From contig NIVC01001249.1 of assembly GCA_002269645.1 (NCBI GenBank), forward strand, positions 1 through 64,000: a stretch of DNA of 64,000 nt, read 5' to 3'. Position numbers and translations under genes: made by a program. The notes beneath the pieces are model-generated. The model was not told where the DNA came from. It did no database searches and was given only the letters and a program-made list of their open reading frames with translations. The stretch's first letter is position 1. Every line of letters begins with the position of its first letter. Source of the DNA: Macrostomum lignano (lineage: Eukaryota). This document shows, piece after piece, positions 52,735-63,825 of the stretch.

Positions 52735-54309
52735 TCAAGAGGGACGAGTCTTTGTTCCCACAAGAGGCCGATTCTCCTGCTGCCGAGGTTGACCGTCGCG
52801 ACCGCTTTTAGGGGCGTCTCTGTTCGCCTGGCAGCGGAGCAGCTGGCGCAGCTGGCCTCGGAAGTTGGCGCTAAAAGCGCCGAAAATTGCAAAGTGAACC
52901 GCGCCGTGACAGGTCACCAGCAGGTCGTCGACGGGCACCAGCCAGTCCTGCAGAGGGCGGAACTGTTGGACAATCACCATGACAGCGCCAGGCAGTTCCA
53001 GCGCTGCGATGGTGCCAGCAGACAGGCAAACAATGAGCAGCGTGTTGCACCAGTTGCGGGCCTGGACGGTTGCGGCTGCCGTTGCGACTGCGTTGGAATT
53101 TGCCGCTGCGGCTGCGGTGGCGGCAACGGCTGCAGCGGCAGCGGCGCCTGCCAGCCTGGAGTTGGCGGCGGCGCGCGACTCCATCGCGTTGAAATTTCTA
53201 GCAACTCCGCCCGCTGTGTCAGCTGCTTGGTAATTTGCCGTCGCGACAGTGGCATCATCAGCGGCGAACGCGTAGACCTTGGCAGCAATCGCCGCACAGT
53301 CGGCTTCGATATCGTTGGAATCCGCGGCGGCAGCGGCGGCGACGGTGGCAGCGGTTTTGATCAATGCTTTCGCTGCGCAAACGTTGGCAGCGGTGGCTGA
53401 GGTAGCGGCGGCTGCAGCAGCAGCGGCTGCAGTGACAGCAGCTGATTCTGCAGAGATAGCAGCTTCGAATGCGAAAGCATTGGAGGCAGCGGCTGCCGCA
53501 ACAGCCGAGGCAGAAGCCGCCGCGGCAGCGTTGGCAGCTTTGGTGAAAGCGCAGTCGGTTGCCAATGCACTGGCGGCTGTGGCGAAATTAGCGGCTGCTG
53601 CGGCGGCAGCGTCAGCGGATTTGGCTGCGCGAGCGCAAGTCGTTGAGGCAGAGCCACGCTCTGGTAGAGCACGAACTGCCTTGGCAGCCTTGGCCGAGTA
53701 TTGATTGGCCGCGGCTGCAGCTCTAGCAGCTTCGATCGCGTCAGTAACGTCGGTCATCGCTTTGGTTGAACTGCCGTCTTCGTCCTCGCTGGACATAACC
53801 GAGGCATTGAAGCATTCGGCAGCTGCGAGAGCTGCGTTCTCGCATGCAGCTGCGGCAGCTGCTGCGGCTGCAACTGGGTCTTCTGTGGCCGGAATCGCGT
53901 TGGTATTGGCGTCCGCTCCTGAGCTGTGCGTGGATGAGGGACTTAACGAGGCAATATTATCGCCGGGTCGGTTGGCCCGGGCAGCGGCTAGCTCAGCTAC
54001 CGTTAGAGCACTGATCAGCACGATCAGCGGCACGGGTAGGTAAGTCTGAGTTGTCCTTGTCAGAGGCAGCATCGTGTTCACCAGGAACTGCTCGCTACCG
54101 CCAGCCGTCAGACGCCAACCGGCGAAAGCGCCAAAGACAACGGCGCTCGCGACCAGCAGCAGGACGGCGAAGCTGCACAGCTGGATGCGGCAAGTCAGCC
54201 ATCGACGAAATTTCATCGGTCGGGAGATAGCCATGAAGCGAAACAGGCAGGTGCACATCATCCACAGGTTCTTCAGGGAGAGGCTGAGCAAGAACCAGCA
54301 GTAAATTGC
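52735..54309 (-). CDS. Rhodopsin-like 7TM receptor copy C, exon 2 (TM3-TM7) with a ~295-aa Ala-rich third intracellular loop
   Basis: Acceptor ccacccacag|GCA (phase 0). AIYCWFLLSLSLKNLW...LFRFMAISRP aligns with copies A/B; the ORF is continuous to TGA at 52737-52735. Confidence 0.85.
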   Translation of the reverse strand, partial: AIYCWFLLSLSLKNLWMMCTCLFRFMAISRPMKFRRWLTCRIQLCSFAVLLLVASAVVFGAFAGWRLTAGGSEQFLVNTMLPLTRTTQTYLPVPLIVLISALTVAELAAARANRPGDNIASLSPSSTHSSGADANTNAIPATEDPVAAAAAAAAACENAALAAAECFNASVMSSEDEDGSSTKAMTDVTDAIEAARAAAAANQYSAKAAKAVRALPERGSASTTCARAAKSADAAAAAAANFATAASALATDCAFTKAANAAAAASASAVAAAAASNAFAFEAAISAESAAVTAAAAAAAAATSATAANVCAAKALIKTAATVAAAAAADSNDIEADCAAIAAKVYAFAADDATVATANYQAADTAGGVARNFNAMESRAAANSRLAGAAAAAAVAATAAAAANSNAVATAAATVQARNWCNTLLIVCLSAGTIAALELPGAVMVIVQQFRPLQDWLVPVDDLLVTCHGAVHFAIFGAFSANFRGQLRQLLRCQANRDAPKSGRDGQPRQQENRPLVGTKTRPS

Positions 54310-54568
54310 CTGTGGGTGGCAGGACAGCACCAGTGCTGGGGCATCGCGATGGCTTCTCAGATTTTGGGAAAGAAACTCATCGAAGCTCACTTTACACCGT
54401 CCGGAAGGCCAAAAGTCAAAAGGGCCAAAAGTCAAAAGGTTGTTATGATGGGGTTGATGAGTACCAAATTATGTTGGTGTCATGGATTCGCTTTGAGTAT
54501 TACTTCTAGAATGTGTCCGGGGGTATAGAAAACGTCTGGCCAGTGTCTATATAGGGCTAATTGCAATA

Positions 54569-54890
54569 GGTGGTAACTATCCGGGTGGTTAGAGCGTCTG
54601 ACTGACAACTGGAAGGTCGGGGGTTCGATTCCCGATCCTACTGAAACAAATTGAGTTCTTGAGCAAGACACTTAACTCTGCATTGCTTCAGTTTACCCAG
54701 CTGTAAAATGGGTGCCAGCATTAGCTGGGGTAATTGAGGTTGGATGTGGCGACCCCTCAGTCCTTGGACTGAACAACCGTACGCAGCCTTCGGATGTACC
54801 GCGGTTGCACATCTGGCCATCCACAGGGCCCTGTTTGGATTCAACCGCCCTGCAGGGAGGCCAGAGCGGTAAACATGGCCCTCTCAGGTC
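54569..54890 (+). mobile_element. tRNA-derived SINE in the receptor C intron (antisense)
   Basis: tRNA-like head with B box GGTTCGATTCC (54622-54632), then TCTTGAGCAAGACACTTAAC...TTTACCCAGCTGTAAAATGGGTGCC, resembling conserved metazoan SINE central domains (recalled, not searched). Ends approximate. Confidence 0.7.
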
Positions 54891-55006
54891 ATCGCTGCTC
54901 AAAAAAGTGTTCAATGTCGCCCAAAATTTTTAGTGCGCAACCGTGACATCCATGTAGTGTTTATTGGAGCGAATTATTGACATGCCGAAAAAACATGTAA
55001 ACTTAC

Positions 55007-55327
55007 AGCAAACGAAACATTATGCTTAAAGCTTGCCCACCGAGTGTGTCCCGACTTGAGCAGCGCCAGTTCAAAGGCAACATAGCAGAGGGCGGCCAGA
55101 CAAAAGTTTGTAAAGGCCAGCTGCATCAGGATGAGGCCGATGTCGACCGGCTCAGGGTTGCGCCGGTACTTGCCAATCAGTATGAGCAGCCACAGGCAGC
55201 TGAGCAACAGGCCAGCGGCTGCCACGGGAATGGTGACGGCCCGCACCGCGATGCAAGTCCTGCTGCAGCCGAGGCCCGTGCCGTTCGCTAGGCTTGCTGC
55301 AATGCTGAACTGCTGGTTTGGCGCCAT
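55007..55327 (-). CDS. Rhodopsin-like 7TM receptor copy C, exon 1 (N-terminus with NGT sequon, TM1-TM2)
   Basis: ATG at 55327, donor GCT|gtaagt (55007/55006, phase 0); 107 aa homologous to copy A exon 1. Confidence 0.85.
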
Positions 55328-56035
55328 GTTTAGCGGTTGGTTTCCTAGATTTCTGCCACTGACGTCTGACAGATGAGCACTCTAGACTATGTATAAGTTG
55401 AGGACTATTTTTCTGATGAGGCGTATGTTGTCTATGGCTAACTCGTAAAATCATGTTTTGATTTCTGAAGATTTTAGTTTTAATCAATTATAGAACCAGA
55501 ATTGGTTCAGAACTTTTCGAGTTTTAGTCTATTTTCATAAACTGTTACAGAACCTTGTTCTGGACAGTAAACTTTTAATGCGATTTTAACATTTAAAAAA
55601 GCAATTTTAAGCAATTTTTTAGTGTTGCACAAGTATTACAAATAATATCTAAAAAGAAATGTTCTAGCTGTTTATATAATCTTCAATATAGCTCGTAGCT
55701 TTTACGTCGTAGAGTGGTGTGACCAATTTTTATTGTTAATATTATACTAATAGTTTTAAACTTTTAATTCTTGCCAGAGTGCCGAAGTAACTAGGCGTGA
55801 TAACTGATAACAGATATCCAGAACAGTTAAAAAACATTAAATAAACTTTTAAAAATAGTGGACAAAAATAATTTTTCTTTAACAAAAGCGGGTTTAAAAT
55901 GGATTAAAATCTACGATCCGATGATACAATAAAAAACCAGATCACATAAAGTTGCGTGCAAAGTGCTTTCAGTTCAGTAGAAAGTTAAACTAAGGAATCT
56001 TAATGCATTTTAAGACAAGACTCATTCACTAGCTT

Positions 56036-56380
56036 GTACCCCTCCCCGTAGCTGAACCCCTCCGACCGCGCCTTTCCACCAAAATATCTACCCCCAGCCC
56101 GGCAGCCCAATTTCTGTTGGTTCGTACCCCTCCCCCTAGCTGAACCCCTCCGACCGCGCCTTTCCACCAAAATATCTACCCCCAGCCCGGCAGCCCAATT
56201 TCTGTTGGTTCGTACCCCTCCCCCTAGCTGAACCCCTCCGACCGCGCCTTTCCACCAAAATCTCTACCCCCAGCCCGGCAGCCCAATCTCTGTTGGTTCG
56301 TACCCCTCCCCCTAGCTGAACCCCTCCGACCGCGCCTTTCCACCAAAATCTCTACCCCCCAGCCCGGGCAGCCCAATTTT
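56036..56380. repeat. Four copies of an 88-bp C-rich unit
   Basis: Unit starts at 56036, 56124, 56212 and 56300. Confidence 0.95.
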
Positions 56381-56928
56381 TACTGTGAACACCGGCACCA
56401 CCGGATCTTCCTGCGCGACACCGCAGCACCAGCTGCCCGTCGTAGCCAGGGGGCTAAGCGGAATGTGCGGCGACGCCCAGATACCCCTGCAGCTAAATAA
56501 AGTAGTCAAGTGTGCTTAGGACAATAAACTGGAGTGTATTTAAATTAAAGAGTTGCAAGCTGGTATTGATGAATGGTTAGAAATCAGTGCTTTGTTAGCT
56601 CGGTAGTTCAAGGACTAAAGAGTTTTAGTTCTTTTTCAGAACGAAGTAGCTGAAACATTCCTACTAGATTTTGTGTTTGGATTAATGCAAAACAAAAAAA
56701 ATGTTTGAGTTTTAAAAGTCAAGCACGAACCCACAAACGAGCATATTTGTGATACACGTTAATTTTCGTCTCAGTTAATCTTTAATGATTAGGAAAATCG
56801 CGTAGAATGCCTCATTTAATCTCTAAAAACTCGTATCTCAACAAGTCAAGGTGAACGCGTGTGCAAAAGCTATATAAAGCCAAGTAAGCAACGAAATTTG
56901 AATTGCAGAGCAGCACGTCAGTGACACA

Positions 56929-57819
56929 CTACTGCAAGTAGGACTGCGATAGCCGCTGATAGTGCAGACGGAGCTCCTGGCGCTGTCTTTCATCTTCAGA
57001 GGCGTCAGACGAGCCGGCCAGATCCGGTAGGCCCCGCGCCGGACTTTCGGGGATATTTTGCGAGCCCAACAGTCGAAGCGATGACAGATCACCGCCTGCG
57101 GCTCCGTGGATGAGGCTCAGACCCAGGCCGCTTCCTCCACCCACGCCAACGCCGCCAAGTCCAGCGCTGGGCGGAGCCGGGGCGCGTCCGCAGTTCAGCA
57201 GCTGGCCGACTTGGCGACGGAAGTTGGCGCTGAACGCGTAGAACACGAAGAAGCTGCAGGCGCTGTCGACGGTCACCAACAAGTCGCTGACGGGCACCAT
57301 CCAGTCTGGAAGCTGTTTGTGCAGCTCGAATGTGATGAAGATGGCGCCAGGCAGCTCAAAGATGGAGAATGAGATCGCCAGCACCAGCACGATGCGGGTG
57401 GCGGTGAGGCAGCTGACTGAACTCGTCGACACGGCCTGTTGGTTAGCTGCGCCAGAAGCGTCGTTAGCCTCGCCAGGCCGGTTGCCCCTGGCGACGGCCA
57501 GCTGAGCGGCGGTGACGCCGGAGGCCAGCAGGATCAGCGGCACGGGCAGGTAAGTCTGAGGCGTCCTCGTCAGCGGCAGCATCACGTCCACCAGGAACCG
57601 CTCGCTGCCGCCGGCCGCCAGACGCCACGCGGCGAAGGTGCCGGGCCCGGCGGCGGCCGCGACCAGCAGCAGGACGCCGAAGCCGCACAGCTGGAAGCGG
57701 CGCGTCAGCCAGCGGCGGAAGCCGATGGGCTTGAAGGTGGCCAGACAGCGGAACACGCTGATGCAGGCCGTCCACATGTTCTTCACGGTCACGCTGAACA
57801 ACACCCAGCAGTAGCTCAC
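56929..57819 (-). CDS. Rhodopsin-like 7TM receptor copy B, exon 2 (TM3-TM7 plus C-tail)
   Basis: Acceptor aaaccag|GTG; intact ORF VSYCWVLFSVTVKNMW...FYAFSANFRRQV. Confidence 0.85.
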   Translation of the reverse strand: MSYCWVLFSVTVKNMWTACISVFRCLATFKPIGFRRWLTRRFQLCGFGVLLLVAAAAGPGTFAAWRLAAGGSERFLVDVMLPLTRTPQTYLPVPLILLASGVTAAQLAVARGNRPGEANDASGAANQQAVSTSSVSCLTATRIVLVLAISFSIFELPGAIFITFELHKQLPDWMVPVSDLLVTVDSACSFFVFYAFSANFRRQVGQLLNCGRAPAPPSAGLGGVGVGGGSGLGLSLIHGAAGGDLSSLRLLGSQNIPESPARGLPDLAGSSDASEDERQRQELRLHYQRLSQSYLQ

Positions 57820-58854
57820 CTGGTTTTGTAGAGTTTTTGGTGCGAGAAACGAGTTTTAAAATGTGTGCTTATAGCCATCAGCTGACTAACCTCTTCAGAC
57901 ATGCTCTCTACAATGGCCTATATAGGTTTTTCAACGTCTCTTACCTTCCTTAACAAGAGTGGGAAACGACCAGCTAGCCAAGAACCCTCGTGCTGCCCTT
58001 GGGGCTCTAAAAACGTGGACTACTGAACAGCCGAGTGATGAAGAGCATAGTATTTAGGCATTCGACCTTCACTTTTTTCTAATGCGGATAGAATCTATTG
58101 CATTGAATGTAATTTTATAAACATAGCAACTTCAGAGATGCAATTTCCTGAGTATGACTTGTTTGCCTTCATCTCACACGAATGTCTACTGAGTGGCGGC
58201 TTGGATGGTCCAAACCAAAGCTAAAAAACAAGCCAAAGCTGCTAATTGATTTTTTTCTGTTTGAGAAAGGCGAGAAGCACGGAAATCAATTGGACCTCAT
58301 CATTGCCTTTAATCTTCATCATGATGAAGCGCTCACGGACCAAAATTAGTTTATTGTAGGCTGTTTTGCTTTGAGTCGGCAGCTGTTTACCGCGGCATTT
58401 TACAGAAACAATGCCTGCTTATAGAAAGTGCCATATCACGTTAGTCTATTTCTATTACACTTGATGACATGGCCAATTCAATCAGGATATTTAAAGCTCA
58501 AAATCGTTTTGTCTAAAGCAGGAAAAAAGCAAGCAGGGTGCCAAAAGTGTGATTTTCTCTCTTTTTTTAAACACCAGGGCACCAGGGCTACCTTTTGCTC
58601 TTTGCCTTTTGCCCGAGCCTTCTATTCATAGTAAATCAAAGAGGAAAAGTCAAAGAGCAAAACCAGGGTTGAAAGCTTGCTTGTTCAGAACCTAAATTAA
58701 AAAGAAAAACCACTACCAAAGGGTTGCCCGGAGAGGAAAAATGAGGAAAAGTAGGCATTTCATAGAAATTTAACTAGCCTATCTAATCATCCCTCTCGTC
58801 CGTCCGGTCGTCCGGTCGTCCGATTTTTTCATAAAACTGAGAATTTCCCACAGG

Positions 58855-59550
58855 AAGTTTCCCCGCAGCGAGGTTTTCCCGCAGCGAGGTTTTCCCGCCA
58901 AGATTTCCCCGCCGAGATTTCCCCGCCGAGATTTCCCCGCCGAGATTTCCCCGCCGAGATTTCCCCGCCGAGATTTCCTCGCCGAGATTTCCCCGCCGAG
59001 ATTTCCCCGCCGAGATTTCCCCGCCGAGATTTCCTCGCCGAGATTTCCCCCGCCGAGATTTCCCCACCGAAATGTCCCCGCCGAGATTCCCCCACCGAGA
59101 TTTCCCCGCCGAGATTTCCCCGCCGAGATTTCCCCACCGAAATGTCCCCGCCGAGATTCCCCCACCGAGATTTCCCCACCGAGATTTCCCCACCGAAATG
59201 TCCCCGCCGAGATTCCCCCACCGAGATTTCCCCACCGAGATTTCCCCACCGAAATGTCCCCGCCGAGATTCCCCCACCGAGATTTCCCCACCGAGATTTC
59301 CCCGCCGAGCTTTTCCCATGGCGAAGTTGTCCCGCGAGAGTTTTTCTCTCCCCGCAGGGTTTTCCTGTAGGAATTTCAAGTCAAATCCAGTCTATAGACA
59401 ATGCTGGACTAGATTAGAAGTAGCCTAGACTCGATTTCAAATCCGATTGGATTTGACTTGAAATTCCGACAGGAAAAACCCTGCGGGAAAACCTCGCTGC
59501 GGGAAAACCTCCTGCGGGAAACCCTCGCTGCAGGAAAACCTCCTGCGGGC
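58855..59550. mobile_element. Foldback/MITE-like inverted-repeat element with a 14-bp minisatellite (CCCCGCCGAGATTT) expanded in the left arm
   Basis: Arms 59351-59389 and 59448-59487 are near-perfect reverse complements. CGCAGCGAGGTTTTCCCGC near 58880 is inverted at about 59484-59550. Confidence 0.65.
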
Positions 59551-60134
59551 TTTTTGTTTAGAAAATTAGGATTCTGTGTTAATTTTACATCCTACGTACA
59601 TGTCTGTGCCTAATAATTGTAAAAATGGCACAGCTCGACCCTTTTGTTTCACAAATCTTTTTTATCTTGCTTAGCTTATTGACTCTGTAACAAAATGTAT
59701 TTTTAATAAACTAATTCAAGCATTCAGACAAATCAGACAATATTGACTAGGCTTTTCTCATAAATATGGTCTATGTCTATATTAGGCCAATATGCACGTT
59801 TGATATACACCTTTGACGAGGCTTTGGTGTTAAAAAATTAATGCTTTTCATTGTCTATGGCCCGAAATGGGGGTCTATGGAGCAACCAATTTGAGAATTT
59901 GGGCGCGCTATTAATCCTTTCCACAGTTGTGCAAGCCTTAGACCATAGAAAGTAACAGATTTCATCAGACAAACATGGATATGGCAGACGAAGAATTTAG
60001 CGAGCAGAGCAGTGACGACAGCCCAAGATGCAGTGGATGAGCAGAATCTTGCAGGGCGAGAACCCTATTGCAAGATAAGCAACGAAAAGTACGACCTGAT
60101 TGTCGCTGCCATCGAGAGAGGTGATAGTGCTGAG

Positions 60135-62342
60135 TGATGTAACCACGCTCTGGTCGCGGGATAGGGCATGGGAACTTTTTTGAAAGTGCCTCCTATCCCG
60201 TACACCCCCCTGCACAGAGCTGTCGAGACTCGGCCAGGTCTCCGACCAGGCCTGGATACTCGCGCTCTGCTGCACCCCCTGCTGCCTTGGCTCCGTCTCC
60301 CCTGCCGCCACACTTGCCTTTCCGGAGCTCCCTGTCCCTCTCTGTACCCCACCCCCTCCACCCTATCTCCCCTGCGCTCTACCCTATTCTTCTTGTACTC
60401 TTCCTGTCCCCTCTCTTTTTGTCTCCCTCTGCACTCTTTTCCTGCGCTGTCCCCTCTTTCCCTATGTCTACTTACAGTATTTTGTGTGCTCACGTCTCCC
60501 CATCCCCTCTCAAACTCCCAAACGGTGACGCAAGTCGTGTGACCCCTTCTTCCCCTCGATGACTCATCGATGACTCACCCCTTCCTTGCGCAACCTTTTC
60601 TCACGCCATTGTTCTCCTCCCCAATTTTCTCATGCGACACCCACCCCACCTCCGCTTCTATTGTTCTCGTTTTTGATTCTTTTGTTCTCTTTACCCACAC
60701 CAATTATCACATTTTCTCCGATTTTCTCTTTCTTTTGTTCTCGTTTTCGCACCTAATTATCACCTTTTCTTCAATGTTTGCTTTTCTATTGTTCTCGATT
60801 CTCCCCAATTATCCCCGATTTCCAATTCCTTTGTTCTCGACCCCAGCCCTATTGTTCTCAATGTTTGCTTGCGCAACACTTTCGCGACCACCCGCTGCGC
60901 CAATTATCCCCCCACCCCACCTCCGGATTGCGCAATTTCCCTATTTCTCATGTTGCTATGCCGGTCTCATGCTTCTCATCATGACTCATTCTGACGTCAT
61001 TCTGCCGGCAGCCAATCAGAGAGAGGGAGCCATGGTAACGACCTTGGAGAGGGGACTGTGAAGGCTATAAAAGGAAGCGATTTCGGCAGGAGAATCCTCA
61101 GACTGTTGGTCTCCTCGTCCTTCTTTGGACTTGCGGTCAGACACTGCTCTGACCTTCCCGTCTATCAGACGAACCCCTGCCGGTCCGCGGTCTGTTACCG
61201 CCAAGTTATCCTTAGCTCCCCGAGTGAGCTCGCCTATCGGCCAGCGGTCTGATACCGCCCAGCATCAACAGCATCGCCTGATCTACACCAGCGCCTAGTC
61301 GCTTCAGCGCATCGCCGCTTCACCGTCTGCCTGACTGCAGCCTACAGCCGCCCTCGGTCACTCCGCCTCTCTCTCTCTCTCTCTGTGCAGCTGCCGGTAA
61401 GTTCCTGTTACTAATTTGTGCTCTAATCGCCTTTGCTTATCCGGGGTTTGCCTATTTTGCCATTGCTTAATTAGAGAGCTGAGCCAATTGTGATACCGTA
61501 ACTTTTGCTGTATTTTACTCAATAGTGAAGCCGCCTAATTGCCTGACCATTTGCCCAAGGGCCTAATTATTAACTATTAACTAACCTCATCATTATTCAC
61601 TCTTTCACCATCATTTCACTCATGGCTTGCTAAGCCTTTCCCCCGGGGTGGCAAAGCATAAGGAAGTTTGGGTAAGCTAATGGCCTCTCCCCGTGCAAAG
61701 CTCGCCTGTGAGTGCGTGCTGCGGGGCCCTGTGTGCGTGCAGTAGAGGGATTAGCGAGTCTTGGCACAGAATGGCAGTAGGAAGGTTGCAACCCCATGCT
61801 GACGCGTCCCTTCGCCCTGAGCAATCTAAACTATAGACAGTACATGTTCGCCTCATACTACTCTTAGTAATCAAAGTCGCAAGTCAGCCTCGCTCACAGC
61901 CACAAAGGATCCCCTGCTGAGAAATCCTCCGGATTGAGCCCAGAGTTCCCGATCATGCCCCAAGCAGAGTCCCTGTACTCGGCTGCATGTGTCTCCCCTG
62001 TTAGCCTAAACCTCCTGGTAACCATTCCAGGCGGGGCTCTAGCCTCGAGAGGTCTGGTAGAAAGATCCAGGTGCGCCAGGTCACATAGAGTGGTGGCAGC
62101 CACTCGGTCATATTATGACCGAGTGACCAATTATTGCACCTTGGCTACAGGTGGGGTCCATGTGGGTCCTTGGCCCTCTGGTCACAAAGCGCTACCAAAG
62201 CTATCAATCATGTGGGCGGGACAGTCTGGTGCTGGAGGTCCATCAGGTCATTGCCCGGTCATAGGCAGCCTACGGTCATTGCCCCTCTAGTCATGCGTTC
62301 GTCTCTTAACGGAGCGGACAGGCGACAAGGGCGGTTACATCA
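60135..62342 (+). mobile_element. 2208-bp solo-LTR-like insertion (TG...CA, 10-bp terminal inverted repeat, 4-bp TSD TGAG), probably Ty3/Gypsy type
   Basis: TGAG|TGATGTAACC ... GGTTACATCA|TGAG; internal promoter motifs; no coding domain recognised. Confidence 0.8.
60982..61072 (+). promoter_or_regulatory. LTR promoter: AP-1 (TGACTCA), CRE (TGACGTCA), CCAAT and TATAAAA
   Basis: TGACTCA 60982, TGACGTCA 60992, CCAAT 61012, TATAAAA 61066; two more TGACTCA at 60560 and 60571. Confidence 0.6.
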
Positions 62343-63825
62343 TGAGCACATTTCGCGATGGCTGGACGTAAAGAGAAAAACAGTGTATTCTATCAGGCGT
62401 CGCTATGAAATCACGGGACGCCGGGACCGCGCACCACGGGTGGAGATCGAGCATCGAAAACTGGAAGAGCAACGCATTCAACTGCTTCTTTCATCACTGG
62501 ATAGCAATCCTCTAATGACGTTGAAAGAGTTGCGAAGCAAGCTGACTGACACCTATCCAGGCCTCGAAGTGAGTACTACAACTGTAAGCCGGACCTTGGA
62601 CAGACAGCTGATTACATTGAAGTGCCTTGGTCGAGACGCCGATGTGCCAGTGGTCAGGAATAGTCCTGAAAACCGGGCATGCCGACGAGAATTTGCTCAC
62701 TGGCTCACTGGTGTTCCACCTGAACGTCACCTCATCTATGTTGATGAGACCGGTTTCAACATTTGCACTCGCCGGTCCCGAGGACGTGGACCGGCGAGAC
62801 GTGGCCAGCAGACGTGGCCAGTAAGTCCGACGTGTTTCAAGCATTTGTCGAGGCTGTAAACATGCTGTAAACAATCGAGATGATGTAGACGATGCCGACA
62901 ACTTCTTAGTCATCATTGATGGAGCTCGCTTCCATAACAGGCTGAGGATCCCCCAGCAGTTTGAGCTGAACTGGCAGGTTGCAGTACTGCCTCCATATTC
63001 TCCATTTCTGGACCCGACCGAGTGGGCGCATTCCTGTTTGAAGGCGGCCACCAAGCGGTAATTTGCGCAGCCACAGGTGCAAATCGAATTGGACAATCCA
63101 CTGCCAGAGACAACACTGCTGGAGTGGCGCGTACTCGTTCTTCATCGGATTGCGGAGGAGGCAACGGCTGAGATTACAGTAGCCAAATGCGGTGGCTGGT
63201 TTCGGCAGACGCTTCGCTTCATCACGCACTGCTTAAACGAGGAAGAAATTCTCTGAACATTGATCGGGTTTGATTTCAATCTATCCAACACTGTTTTGAG
63301 AGACACGATTGTTCTCGGCTTATACTGTATGCCATGGTTTTGCCTTTGCCTGTTTTGATTGGTTTCTCTGAAATCAAAGTGTTAATGTCAAACGTTTTTT
63401 TGATATGCCATCTATTTGTAGGCGTTATTTTAGTGAAGTTATTTGTGCTTTATTAGCAAAGCATAATTAAAATATTTCAAAAAATGAATGACTCGAGCTG
63501 TACCATTCTTACGATTTTTAGGCTTAGGACATGTACATAGGATATAAAATTAACGTAGAATTCTAGTTTTCTAAACAAAAAGCTCTACGAATATTAATCG
63601 AACTACAAAAAAGGCAAAGTCACATCGAAAGATAAAAAGATGAAAGATTTTTGTGCTGAAATAATGAAAAACTTCTACCTTGTCACATACCTGTGCGCAC
63701 TCTGCACCTTGTGAATTGGCCTTCATGAGAGAGAATTGCACATCATCTGAATTCTCTACATGCTGAAATCAGAAAAGGACCCGCAGATTATGCAATTAAT
63801 TGATAAAGCCATCGAGCCAGCTCAC

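Larger units (their letters stand above)
59975..63256 (+). mobile_element. Tc1/IS630-superfamily DNA transposon with disrupted transposase (split by the 60135-62342 insertion, internal deletion, frameshifts, stop)
   Basis: Removing the insert restores ISNEKYDLIVAAIERGDSAE|HISRWLDVKRKTVYSIRRRYE (HTH). Catalytic motifs IYVDETGFN, VIIDGARFH and LPPYSPFLDPTE follow. Candidate degenerate TIRs at 59796-59816 and 63374-63395 are weak. Confidence 0.88.

Noticed and set aside
53279-54043. Plus-strand Ala-rich ORFs
   Set aside because: Antisense shadows of the GCN-rich receptor C loop.
55410-55460. CTGATGAG, possible hammerhead ribozyme core
   Set aside because: No stem II followed by GAAA and no closing helices found.
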